NCBI GenBank assembly: GCA_035403145.1
Contig: DAONEO010000004.1
Location: forward strand, 46,816 to 110,815
Reading direction: 5' to 3'
DNA: 64,000 bases
From: Candidatus Omnitrophota bacterium
GTDB lineage: Bacteria; Omnitrophota; Gorgyraeia; Gygaellales; Profunditerraquicolaceae
Shown: positions 27,966 to 36,764 of the stretch, in pieces
How the letters are laid out: every line of letters starts with the position of its first letter
Position numbering within the stretch: position 1 is the stretch's first letter
The notes under the pieces: model-generated
Database searches by the model: none
What the model saw: the letters and a program-made list of their open reading frames with translations, nothing else
Told to the model about the DNA's origin: nothing
Position numbers and translations under genes: made by a program

Positions 27966-29184
27966 GATAGCAATTACCGGATTTGGGATTGTGGCGCCAA
28001 GCGGCATCGGGCGCAGGCAGTTCTGGGCTAACATTAAAGCAGGCAGGTCGTTTGTCAAGAAAGTCACTCGCTTTGATTCTTCCAAATATCAGACGCAGAT
28101 TGCAGGGCAGATCGATGACCTGGAGAAATATTCCACGTTCTCTGAGCGGCTGTTAAAAAAGATCGATACGTTCTCCCACATGGCCCTGATCGGATCAGAA
28201 ATGGCGATGCAGGATGCCGGTATCGCTATCAAAGAAGAAGATCTTAATCGTGTGGGTATTTTTATGGGTAATGCTATCGGCGGATGGCTTTACGCAGAAA
28301 CCGAATTGCGCGATCTATATCTTGAAGGGCGGGAAGGGGTTTCTCCGTATATGGCATCGGCATGGTTCCCCGCTGCTCCGCAAGGACAAGTTTCTATCTA
28401 TTATGGTATTAAGGGTTTTTCAAAAACCGTTGTTTCCGATCGCGCCAGTTCTCTTGATGCTATCGGGTATGCGCGTAAGACGCTGCTTAAAGATAAACTG
28501 AACATGATTTTAGCAGGGGGTACCGAAGCACCTGTTTCTCCCTATGGTTTTTTATGCTGCAATACCTATGGTTGCCTTTCGACGAACAACGCGGATCCCC
28601 GCGGTGCATATCGGCCGTTTGACAAAAAACGCTCTGGTTTTGTAGTTGGCGAGGGCGCAGGGATCATGGTTATGGAGCCTGTGGCGCGCGCTCAGGCTCG
28701 TGGTAAGACGCCGATCGGGTTTATTTCCGGTTATGGCACAACCTGCGACGGAGTCTCCCGGCTGGATCCTGATCCGTCTGGCGATCAATTGTGCAGGGCT
28801 ATTACCATTGCCTTAGAAGACGCGGGACTTTCTGCGCGTGATATTGATTATGTTTCTTTGGACGGTTTAGCGGTTGATATCTGGGATACAAGTGAAGTTG
28901 CGGGGCTGAAGAAAGCTTTGGGGAAACATCTTGAAAAGATCCCGGTGAGCTGCCCAAAATCAATGTTTGGGAATTTACTTGGTGCTTCAAGCGCGGTTGA
29001 CGTGATCATCACGTTGTTGGCAATGGAAAATAATTTAATTCCCCCGACTATTAATTTAGAGGTTCCTGATCCGAACGGCTTGAATTATGTCATAGGAGAG
29101 GCCCAGGAATTTACTGTAAACAAGGCATTAGTTATTGCCCGCGGCAGAGGCGGGATTAATTCTGTATTGGTGATAGAAAAATAA
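27958..29184 (+). CDS. KS-beta / chain-length-factor-like ketosynthase paralog lacking the catalytic triad
   Basis: The protein has KS thiolase fold homology throughout. The Cys position reads TVVSDRASSLDAIGYA, so Cys is replaced by Arg. The His positions read VSLDGLAV, with His replaced by Asp, and KSMFGNLLGASSA, with His replaced by Asn. A GTG start follows a GGAGGTG RBS. Confidence 0.75.
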   Translation: MDKIAITGFGIVAPSGIGRRQFWANIKAGRSFVKKVTRFDSSKYQTQIAGQIDDLEKYSTFSERLLKKIDTFSHMALIGSEMAMQDAGIAIKEEDLNRVGIFMGNAIGGWLYAETELRDLYLEGREGVSPYMASAWFPAAPQGQVSIYYGIKGFSKTVVSDRASSLDAIGYARKTLLKDKLNMILAGGTEAPVSPYGFLCCNTYGCLSTNNADPRGAYRPFDKKRSGFVVGEGAGIMVMEPVARAQARGKTPIGFISGYGTTCDGVSRLDPDPSGDQLCRAITIALEDAGLSARDIDYVSLDGLAVDIWDTSEVAGLKKALGKHLEKIPVSCPKSMFGNLLGASSAVDVIITLLAMENNLIPPTINLEVPDPNGLNYVIGEAQEFTVNKALVIARGRGGINSVLVIEK

Positions 29185-29257
29185 GTTGTCGATGGACCAT
29201 AGGCTATAGTCTATAGACCCCGAGTAATACACGTATCTATAAGGAGGAGGAAAAAGC

Positions 29258-30718
29258 ATGAAGATCTTATTTGTAATGCCTAAAGTCGGTGCCTGGGCAA
29301 CACACGGAAAACATCTCGGACCGAACCAGCTTTACGCGCATTGGGCAGCATATGTCCGCGAAAAAGGATATGCGGATGTTGAAGTCCTTGATTGTAAGGC
29401 CCTTGATATAGAGATGGACCAGATGGTTGAAACGGTTAAATCAAAAAAGCCCGATGTCATTGTTATGGGTGAGCAGTTACATTCATACGGCGGCTACGCA
29501 GTTGTCGCGCATTTTAACGATACGGCTAAACGCATTAAAGCGGCATATCCGGCGGGAACGATTGTTTTCGGCGGTCTCTGGTATTCTGCTATGCCGACCG
29601 AGACCCTTGCGGCAAACCCTGCGGTTGACTACGTGGTTATGGGCGAAGAAGAATCTTTTTACGATCTGATCAATGCCATTGATACAAAGAAGAACATGAA
29701 AGATGTCGCTGGGGTTACCAGCCGCATCGGCAGCGAGATTGTTATGGGACCGTACAAGCCTCTTTTAATGGATCTGGATTCTCTTCCGCTTCCGGCATAC
29801 GACCTTTTTCCGATGGATAAATACGTAGGGCATACGTTCTGGAAGCCGTTTGTAGAGTTGGTTACCAGCAGAGGTTGTCCTTCGGCATGTACGTTCTGTT
29901 ATGAATGGGATCAGTATGATCCCCGCAATCCCGGTGATTTCTTGAAATGGCGGTCGAAGAGCCCGGAACGCGTTATTGAAGAGTTGAACCTTTTGCATAA
30001 AAAATACGGTGTTAAAGTGGTGGTTTTGCAGGATGATAATTTTAACGTTAATCCCGCGCGCGTCAAGAAGTTTTGCGAATTGAAAAAAGCCAGCAATAAT
30101 CCGATCAAGTGGGTTTCGCTCGGACGTGCGGTGGACTGGATCAATTGCGAATCGATCCTGCCGCTTATGAAAGAAACGGGATTATTTACCGGTGTTTTCG
30201 GGATTGAAGTTACGACCCCCGAAGAGCTGAAGAAGATCGCTAAGGGTATTACCGTTGAGCAGATCATGAAGACGGTCGAAATTTTGCGTAAAAACAATAT
30301 CGCCGTTGTCGCCGATATCATGATGGGGTTTGATTATGACGATGAAGCGGTTATCAAACAGCGTTATGAATTCACCGATATGGTTGATCCGGATATTCTC
30401 TGGATCGGGTATGTTACGCCGGCACCCAACTCACCGATGTGGAAGATGGGGTTGAAGAAAAAATGGATCGATCCGACAAAGATCGATTTCGCGCGCTGGG
30501 ATTTCCTGCATCCGGTTATGCCGACAGACCACTTAACCATCGAAGACCTGGGCCGCCTGGGTTCTTGGTGTATGCGTGAATTCTTCTCAAAACCAGGCCG
30601 TATCAACCGTATTATGGAGACAGATTTCGATATATTGGCAAAACTTTGTTTCCAGGATGTTATGGCTGGTGTCGGCAAGTGGGAGGCAGGCGCCACAAAA
30701 GGCGAAGTTCATATTTGA
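29258..30718 (+). CDS. Cobalamin-binding (class B) radical SAM enzyme
   Basis: The N-terminal B12-binding domain reads MKILFVMPK...DVIVMGEQLHSYG. The radical SAM cluster motif is VTSRGCPSACTFCYE, a CxxxCxxC. Confidence 0.75.
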   Translation: MKILFVMPKVGAWATHGKHLGPNQLYAHWAAYVREKGYADVEVLDCKALDIEMDQMVETVKSKKPDVIVMGEQLHSYGGYAVVAHFNDTAKRIKAAYPAGTIVFGGLWYSAMPTETLAANPAVDYVVMGEEESFYDLINAIDTKKNMKDVAGVTSRIGSEIVMGPYKPLLMDLDSLPLPAYDLFPMDKYVGHTFWKPFVELVTSRGCPSACTFCYEWDQYDPRNPGDFLKWRSKSPERVIEELNLLHKKYGVKVVVLQDDNFNVNPARVKKFCELKKASNNPIKWVSLGRAVDWINCESILPLMKETGLFTGVFGIEVTTPEELKKIAKGITVEQIMKTVEILRKNNIAVVADIMMGFDYDDEAVIKQRYEFTDMVDPDILWIGYVTPAPNSPMWKMGLKKKWIDPTKIDFARWDFLHPVMPTDHLTIEDLGRLGSWCMREFFSKPGRINRIMETDFDILAKLCFQDVMAGVGKWEAGATKGEVHI

Positions 30719-30812
30719 AATTGGGCAGCGGTTTTCGGTTAACGGTTATCGGTGTGCGCCGGTTCGACGCCCACCGGTACCGGAACATCGCTTGCTGAAG
30801 AAGGAGGAAATA

Positions 30813-31049
30813 ATGGATGTTAAAGCAGTTGCCAGAAATACGCTGGTTCAGCTTTTGAAAATCAAACCGGAAGAATTGAAAGATGATGTGCAGCTGACGA
30901 ACGGCATTGGCGTAGACTCGACAGAGATGGTGGAATATTGTATTGCGCTTGAAAAAGCGTTTAATACAAAAATAAGCCCCAAAGAGATTACCAAATACTC
31001 CACGATCAATGAGATCGAGCAAATTGTAAAGGCAAAGCTGAACTTTTAG
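30813..31049 (+). CDS. Acyl carrier protein
   Basis: The 78-aa protein carries LTNGIGVDSTEMVEY with the phosphopantetheine Ser in DS. A GAAGGAGG RBS lies 5 nt upstream of ATG 30813; the ORF-track frame opens at 30576. Confidence 0.8.
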   Translation: MDVKAVARNTLVQLLKIKPEELKDDVQLTNGIGVDSTEMVEYCIALEKAFNTKISPKEITKYSTINEIEQIVKAKLNF

Positions 31050-31059
31050 AAGGGGGATC

Positions 31060-31860
31060 TTGATGAAGATCGTTGATTTAAGTCTTCCTATTGATGAGCG
31101 GGCACCCGAAGTGCATCCGATGTGGATTGATCGCCTGGGGCATAAAGAAGGCGTTCGTCATATTAACTGGGTGATGATGAAACATACCCTGAAAGGGAAA
31201 ATCGAATTCTTTTTGGGGAAGCGCATTATTGAGCCGTCACATTTGCCGGATGGGGAATTCCTCTCACTTGAAACCGTGCATTGCCCGGTGCATATCGGCA
31301 CGCATATTGATTTCTCATTCCATTACGGGACGCAGTCGCAAGGCCGCCCTTCAAAACCGATCATTGAACTTCCGCTTGAATGGTGTTACGCGGATGCGGT
31401 TGTTTTGAATTTTACGCACAAGAAACCGGGAGAAGTCATCTCCAAAGATGACGTTGTGCAGGCATTAGTTAAAGTCAAGTATGCTATAAAACCCAACGAC
31501 ATTGTTTTATTACATACCGGCGCCGATCAATATTTCGGGACGCGGGAATATCTGACGAATTATCCCGGAGTTTCGCCGGAGGCTATCGCCTATATTCTTG
31601 ATCATAACGTTCATATCATCGGAGTTGACTCGCTTGGTTTTGACCGGCCGTATAAATACATGATGGCTGATTTCCATAAAACCAAAGATGGCTCGGTTCT
31701 CTGGCCGGCGCATTTTTACGGCCGCAAACAGGAGTATGCGCATATCGAACGATTGACGAATTTAGGAAAATTACCGGCGCATGGCTTTAAAATCCAGTGT
31801 TTCCCGATCAAGATCCTTGATTGCGGAGCTGCCTGGTCGCGCGTCGTTGCGTTTGTGTGA
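31060..31860 (+). CDS. Putative cyclase family protein (PF04199, kynurenine formamidase-like fold)
   Basis: HCPVHIGTHIDFSFH is the HxGTHxD metal-binding motif typical of this family. A GAAGGGGG RBS precedes the start. Confidence 0.65.
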   Translation: MMKIVDLSLPIDERAPEVHPMWIDRLGHKEGVRHINWVMMKHTLKGKIEFFLGKRIIEPSHLPDGEFLSLETVHCPVHIGTHIDFSFHYGTQSQGRPSKPIIELPLEWCYADAVVLNFTHKKPGEVISKDDVVQALVKVKYAIKPNDIVLLHTGADQYFGTREYLTNYPGVSPEAIAYILDHNVHIIGVDSLGFDRPYKYMMADFHKTKDGSVLWPAHFYGRKQEYAHIERLTNLGKLPAHGFKIQCFPIKILDCGAAWSRVVAFV

Positions 31861-32177
31861 TGAGAAAAATTTATCCGGTTATCGAAGATCTCGATGCGTT
31901 GATGGAATTTCCCCGGCAGGGAGTTTTCAGTAAGGTTTTAGCAAAGACTCCCGGTTCGAATTATACGCTTATGTGCCTTGCTCAGGGAAGCGATATATCG
32001 GAACATACCTCAACGCGTGAAGCGGCAGTAATCGTATTAAAAGGTACAGGCGTATTCATGCTTGGCAGGAAAAAGATCGTTATGAAACCGGGCGTTTTTA
32101 TCTTTATGCCGAAGAATGCGCCGCATAGTTTAAGTGCGGATGAAAATTTGGCTATTGTGTTGAGTATATTTGGATAA
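31860..32177 (+). CDS. Cupin domain protein (TcmJ-like small cupin)
   Basis: The roughly 105-aa protein reads ...EHTSTREAAVIVLKGTGVFMLGRKKIVMKPGVFIFMPKNAPHSL, a two-motif cupin. Its ATG overlaps the upstream stop as TGATG. Confidence 0.6.
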   Translation: MRKIYPVIEDLDALMEFPRQGVFSKVLAKTPGSNYTLMCLAQGSDISEHTSTREAAVIVLKGTGVFMLGRKKIVMKPGVFIFMPKNAPHSLSADENLAIVLSIFG

Positions 32178-32270
32178 TTTGTTAGGTTTTCGGTTTGCGG
32201 TGTTCGGTTAGCGGCGTATTCCCGAAAACCGATAACCGTTCACCGATAACCAAGGAAGACGAGGTGCCTT

Positions 32271-32711
32271 ATGGGTCATACATGTAACTCAATTATCATA
32301 AACGCTCCGTATGAAAAAGTTTTTGATATTTCCAACGATATCCCCCGCTGGACCGAACTTTTTGGCGGCGAGTATAAAAAAGCGGAAATTATACGTAAAG
32401 AAGGCAATACGATTACGTTTCGTCTTACTGATGATGAAAATCAGTCCTGGGTATCATGGAGACTTCTTTTGAAAGATAAGAATTTAGCGTATGCCGAGCG
32501 CCAGGAGCCGAAATTTCCCTTCCGGTATATGAAAATTGTCTGGCTCTACACGCAGAAGCCGCAGGGTGTTGAATTGACCTGGATCCAGCATTTCGAGATG
32601 GATGAAAAAGCGAAATTCAACGATGAACAGGTTGAAGGGTTTATTAATAAACATTCCAAAGATAATTTGAAGATATTCAGGGATGCAATAGAGAAGGCTG
32701 CCCGGGAGTAA
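32271..32711 (+). CDS. SRPBCC-superfamily polyketide cyclase/aromatase-like protein (TcmN/Bet v1-like)
   Basis: The 146-aa protein begins ...CNSIIINAPYEKVFDISNDIPRWTELF, typical of the Polyketide_cyc2 fold. The assignment is by fold-level motif only. Confidence 0.55.
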   Translation: MGHTCNSIIINAPYEKVFDISNDIPRWTELFGGEYKKAEIIRKEGNTITFRLTDDENQSWVSWRLLLKDKNLAYAERQEPKFPFRYMKIVWLYTQKPQGVELTWIQHFEMDEKAKFNDEQVEGFINKHSKDNLKIFRDAIEKAARE

Positions 32712-32807
32712 TTTCAATGGCATCACGTCACACTGGTATCAAAAAAGCTTTTACTTGTGGCGGTGTGATCTGTGCCTTTGTGACATCGCATTGTCGTTCT
32801 TTGAGTA

Positions 32808-33929
32808 ATGAATAAGCGAACATTTTTTCTACTCTGCCTTGAAGGCGCGTTGTTATCATTCAATGTTGCTGCTTCAGCGGCACTGGTTCCGTCAATTGCC
32901 GCAGAATTCGGGGTTTCGCAGTTTATCGCCGGCAGGATCATCTGGCTCTATATGCTTCCCTATGGTCTGGCCGCGCTTTTCTATGGCCCGCTTATCAGGG
33001 CGATTGACGCCAAGAAAGTGGAACTTGTTTGTCTGATCCTATTTTCATTGGCAAATCTGCTGGTGGGAGTTTCGAATAGTATCGGAATGCTTTTTGCGGG
33101 TAGACTGCTGATGGGAGTATTTGGCGCATCCGTTATTCCGTTGGGAATAATTCTTATCGGTCGGCATATAACGCCTCTTCGCCGCGGCAGGGCAGTCGGT
33201 ATTTTCTTCGGCGGCACGTTTAGTGCCTCTCTTGCGGGGCTTGTTTTAAGCGGTATTATACCCTGGCGTTTGATTTATATTGCTCCGGCAATTGCCGGGT
33301 TTATTCTTGTGATTTTTTTATGGATTTACCTGCCGAGTTTTCAGCAGGATGTTACGCGATTTAGTTGTAACTATCGTAAGGTATTTGCTAACGCGAACGT
33401 TGCGCGTGTATTTCTGTATATATTTCTTATCAGCATTTTTTATCACGGCGTACAGCAATGGCTGGCGGTGTATTTTTCAAAGAAATTCGGATTCAGCCAG
33501 TTTGTTATCAGTATGCTGGTTATGGCAACGAGTTTGAGCGGTATTTTCGGCGAAGTCATCGGTGGTTTTTGCGCCGATACGCTGGGCCGTATCAAGACCG
33601 CCAATATCGGCTCTTTGATTATGATTCTTACCGTTGCCGCGGTCCTTATGAAGCTGCCGCTTGCGGTGATTGGTATAGTGATGCTTGCCTGGGGATTCGG
33701 CTGGACATTGAATCACGCGGGAATTTCCACGATTTTAACTGATTTACCGCATGATCATCTGCATGAATCAGCGAGTTTAAACAGTAGCCTGCGCTTTATT
33801 GCCGGCGGTATAGGGGCTGCGTGGGGCGGATATTTGATGCAGTTCGATATTCATTTGGGTTTTATTGTGTTTGGTGTGTGTGTAGCCGGATTATTGGTTT
33901 GTACGAAGCCGTTACTGAAGAAGGCCTAG
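32808..33929 (+). CDS. MFS transporter
   Basis: Twelve TM segments are predicted, and GRLLMGVFGASVIPLG plus a ...RRGRAVGIFF loop motif after TM2 are MFS signatures. Confidence 0.75.
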   Translation: MNKRTFFLLCLEGALLSFNVAASAALVPSIAAEFGVSQFIAGRIIWLYMLPYGLAALFYGPLIRAIDAKKVELVCLILFSLANLLVGVSNSIGMLFAGRLLMGVFGASVIPLGIILIGRHITPLRRGRAVGIFFGGTFSASLAGLVLSGIIPWRLIYIAPAIAGFILVIFLWIYLPSFQQDVTRFSCNYRKVFANANVARVFLYIFLISIFYHGVQQWLAVYFSKKFGFSQFVISMLVMATSLSGIFGEVIGGFCADTLGRIKTANIGSLIMILTVAAVLMKLPLAVIGIVMLAWGFGWTLNHAGISTILTDLPHDHLHESASLNSSLRFIAGGIGAAWGGYLMQFDIHLGFIVFGVCVAGLLVCTKPLLKKA

Positions 33930-33946
33930 AAGAAAGGAAGATACGC

Positions 33947-34723
33947 ATGAGTATAGAATTAAAAGGTAAGATAGCGATTGTTACAGGCGCCAGCCGCGGG
34001 ATAGGAAAAGCTTTGGCATCAACGGTAGCAAGTATGGGCGCCAATGTTGTGATTGCCGCTCGTCAGGAAGGCCCTTTACAAGAAACCGCACAAGAGCTTA
34101 AAAATAAATACAAGGTTGAGGTCCTCCCGGTTGTGTGCGATGTTACGAAGCTGGAAGACCTGGAGAACCTGGTGAATCAGACAAAAAAGAAATTCGGCAA
34201 ACTTGATATTCTGATTAATAACGCAGGTGTTTCCAGCCAGTATCCTTTTGAGAAACAGCCGATCGAAGACATTGAAAAACTCGCATATACCAATTATCTT
34301 GGATATGTCCGGTTGATCCGTCTGGTGATCAATGATTTTATCGCCCAGAAATCGGGTGCTATCATTAATATGGTTTCAGGCTCAACTCTGTGCGATCCGC
34401 TTCCCAGGACGTTTGTTGTGTATAGCTCGCTGAAGGTTGGTTTGCGCGCCTTCTGTAAAGGACTTTTCTGGGAATTACGCGATCATGGTATTAAAATTAC
34501 CTCGCTTTTGCCCGGGGTTACCGACACCGATTTAACCGGTAAATTAAAAGAAGTTACCGGTGATACGTCGAGGCTGATGTCCACCGAAGCTATTGAAAAT
34601 GCGGTGCGTTTTGCATTGACGGTGCCGCACAATGTCTGCCCGCTCGAAATAGCCATTATTAATCAGCAGACGCCGTGGACAGCGCCGGTCATTCCGTTTA
34701 AGCAGGAGCATCCGGAGAAGTAA
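33947..34723 (+). CDS. SDR-family oxidoreductase (ketoreductase-like)
   Basis: KIAIVTGASRGIGKA is the TGxxxGxG motif, followed by NNAG and the catalytic YSSLK (YxxxK). The ORF track opens at 33821, but ATG 33947 follows a GAAAGGAAG RBS. Confidence 0.8.
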   Translation: MSIELKGKIAIVTGASRGIGKALASTVASMGANVVIAARQEGPLQETAQELKNKYKVEVLPVVCDVTKLEDLENLVNQTKKKFGKLDILINNAGVSSQYPFEKQPIEDIEKLAYTNYLGYVRLIRLVINDFIAQKSGAIINMVSGSTLCDPLPRTFVVYSSLKVGLRAFCKGLFWELRDHGIKITSLLPGVTDTDLTGKLKEVTGDTSRLMSTEAIENAVRFALTVPHNVCPLEIAIINQQTPWTAPVIPFKQEHPEK

Positions 34724-34820
34724 GGTTCCATGGTTTGCTGCGAGTCGTCTGGAGTGCGTTTTGAGTAAAAACAATCGGCCTGATCAGGGTACAAGCTATT
34801 CTCTAGCATGGAGGAGTCCA

Positions 34821-35429
34821 ATGAAAAAATTACTATTTGCGTTCAGTCTTGTTGTTGTATGTGCGGCATGGGCGTTTGCTGCTGAAAAGAGTGTTCAACT
34901 TGATGATTTTGAAGGGGTAATTTCCGGCGGTGCTGAGGGTACGGTTGATTTTGGCGCTGGTAATGGTTCGGCGGTAGAAGTAACGGCAACACCTGAACAG
35001 GCGCATGGCGGGAAGCAATCTTTGAAGGTTGTCTATGATGCGGTTTCCGGCGGATACATGTATATTGCCAAAGGTACAAAACTGGACGCCAAGAAAGCTG
35101 ATTGGAAGGTTAAGCCTGAGGATGTGAATTGGAAAGAATTTAACGCGATCTCTGTTTGGGTTTTTGGCGCTGATTCCAAAGAAACGGTGGCAATCGATGT
35201 GAAAGATAATGGCGGAGAAATTTGGCGCTCGACCTTTGTCGATGATTTTAAAGGATGGAAACAAATTGCGATTTTATTTAATGAGTTCAAGGCGCGCGAT
35301 GATTGGCAGCCGGATAGCGCGGATAAAAACGGCACGCTTGATTTTCCGGTCAGAAGTTACCAATTCGAACCGCTGACACCGGGCAAAGGTGTTTTATATT
35401 TCGACGATGTTGAGATAATTCAAAAATAG
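34821..35429 (+). CDS. Secreted beta-sandwich protein (CBM11/CIA30-like carbohydrate-binding-type domain)
   Basis: A signal peptide MKKLLFAFSLVVVCAAWAFAA is followed by LDDFEG...W...YFDDVEI, a pattern reminiscent of CIA30/CBM11 domains. A GGAGGAG RBS precedes the start. Confidence 0.4.
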   Translation: MKKLLFAFSLVVVCAAWAFAAEKSVQLDDFEGVISGGAEGTVDFGAGNGSAVEVTATPEQAHGGKQSLKVVYDAVSGGYMYIAKGTKLDAKKADWKVKPEDVNWKEFNAISVWVFGADSKETVAIDVKDNGGEIWRSTFVDDFKGWKQIAILFNEFKARDDWQPDSADKNGTLDFPVRSYQFEPLTPGKGVLYFDDVEIIQK

Positions 35430-35447
35430 CCGGAAGGGGAGACGACT

Positions 35448-35849
35448 ATGGCAAAAAAATGCGACTATAAGAATCTTCATAAGCGGTATCTGATATGGCT
35501 TTATAAAACCACCCAGGAACAGGTGGATACGGTAGAGCGGAAATTTTCCCAGCTTGAGATTGATGAGATGATTATCGAGCAGATCAAGAAGTTTGATAAA
35601 GAAAAGAAGCTTGAAACGTATAGTGATGAGTTTAAAACGTATATTGATAACAAGAAAAAGAAAGGGTTGGAGCTTAAATTCGACGGTCTTGAAGTAAAAC
35701 CGGAGTTCCAGTTCCTTGTATACAAGTTGGCTGCTATTGAGGTTTTGATTGTTAAGGAGTTTGGTGAAGTTGCGTTGCAGGAAATAAAATGTGCTTATGA
35801 AGAAGAAATGATCAGGCGGATTTTAGCTGAACGGGAAGAAAAGCGTTGA
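35448..35849 (+). CDS. Hypothetical protein
   Basis: A 133-aa charged helical protein with no recognised motif. It has an RBS and overlaps the next gene by 4 nt. Confidence 0.4.
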   Translation: MAKKCDYKNLHKRYLIWLYKTTQEQVDTVERKFSQLEIDEMIIEQIKKFDKEKKLETYSDEFKTYIDNKKKKGLELKFDGLEVKPEFQFLVYKLAAIEVLIVKEFGEVALQEIKCAYEEEMIRRILAEREEKR

Positions 35850-36763
35850 TGATCGTTGACGCGCACAGCCATTGGCTGCCGAATGAGATTATCACCAATG
35901 CCCATTTTTATCATACGGGCTGGGGTGATATTGAGGCTCAGGTCAAGATGATGGATGAGGCGGGGATTGCGCAGGCGGTTTTGTCGTATCCGACATCAGA
36001 TGCGCATCTGAAGCTTGGCGGTCTTGCGCAGGTCAGCACAATTTTTAATGATAACGTTGCTGCAATTATAAAACGATATCCGAAACGATTTATCGGCGCG
36101 GCGATTCTTCCGGTCGGGAATGCCGATATGATGCTTCGGGAGTGGTACCGGGCGCGTGATGTAGGCTTCCAGGCAATCTCTCTTGCCACCAGCTATGAGG
36201 GGAGATATCTTGACGATAAAGAATTCATCCCGCTTTATCAAGAAGCGCAGGCGCATTCAATACCCATCTTCGTGCATCCCCAGATTGTTAATCCGATCGG
36301 TTTTGAGCGGGTGCAGGATCCTTTATTGACCCCGGTGATCGAGTATGTTTTTGATACGACTATTTGTATCGGTAAATTGATGATGTCGGGAGTCCTTGAT
36401 GAGTATCAGGAAGTCAAATTTGTTTTTGCTTATTTCGGCGGGGCGATACCGTTTTTAGCGCATCGCTTTGACGCGACGTATCAAATGTTGCGCTCGATTA
36501 ATTTCGTGAAAGATCTCAGAGTTGACCCGACGGTATTGTTAAAACGCGTGTATGTTGATACCAGCGGTGATACAACACAGGCGAATTTAGAGGCGGCACG
36601 CGTATTATTTGGGACAAAACATCTTGTGTGGGGAAGCGACTGGCCTGCGAAAAAAAATATTGGAGGTTCCATCCAAGCGATCAGTGATTTGGATTTAACG
36701 CCGGAAGAGAAAGACGGGATATTAGGCGGGAATCTGATGCGGTTGTTTACGGATGGAGGGTAG
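35846..36763 (+). CDS. Amidohydrolase-2 family metal-dependent hydrolase/decarboxylase (ACMSD/LigI-like)
   Basis: MMIVDAHSHW starts with the HxH metal motif at the N-terminus. ...FVHP, ...HLVWGSDWP and the overall TIM-barrel pattern fit PF04909. Confidence 0.65.
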   Translation: MMIVDAHSHWLPNEIITNAHFYHTGWGDIEAQVKMMDEAGIAQAVLSYPTSDAHLKLGGLAQVSTIFNDNVAAIIKRYPKRFIGAAILPVGNADMMLREWYRARDVGFQAISLATSYEGRYLDDKEFIPLYQEAQAHSIPIFVHPQIVNPIGFERVQDPLLTPVIEYVFDTTICIGKLMMSGVLDEYQEVKFVFAYFGGAIPFLAHRFDATYQMLRSINFVKDLRVDPTVLLKRVYVDTSGDTTQANLEAARVLFGTKHLVWGSDWPAKKNIGGSIQAISDLDLTPEEKDGILGGNLMRLFTDGG

Positions 36764-36764
36764 A

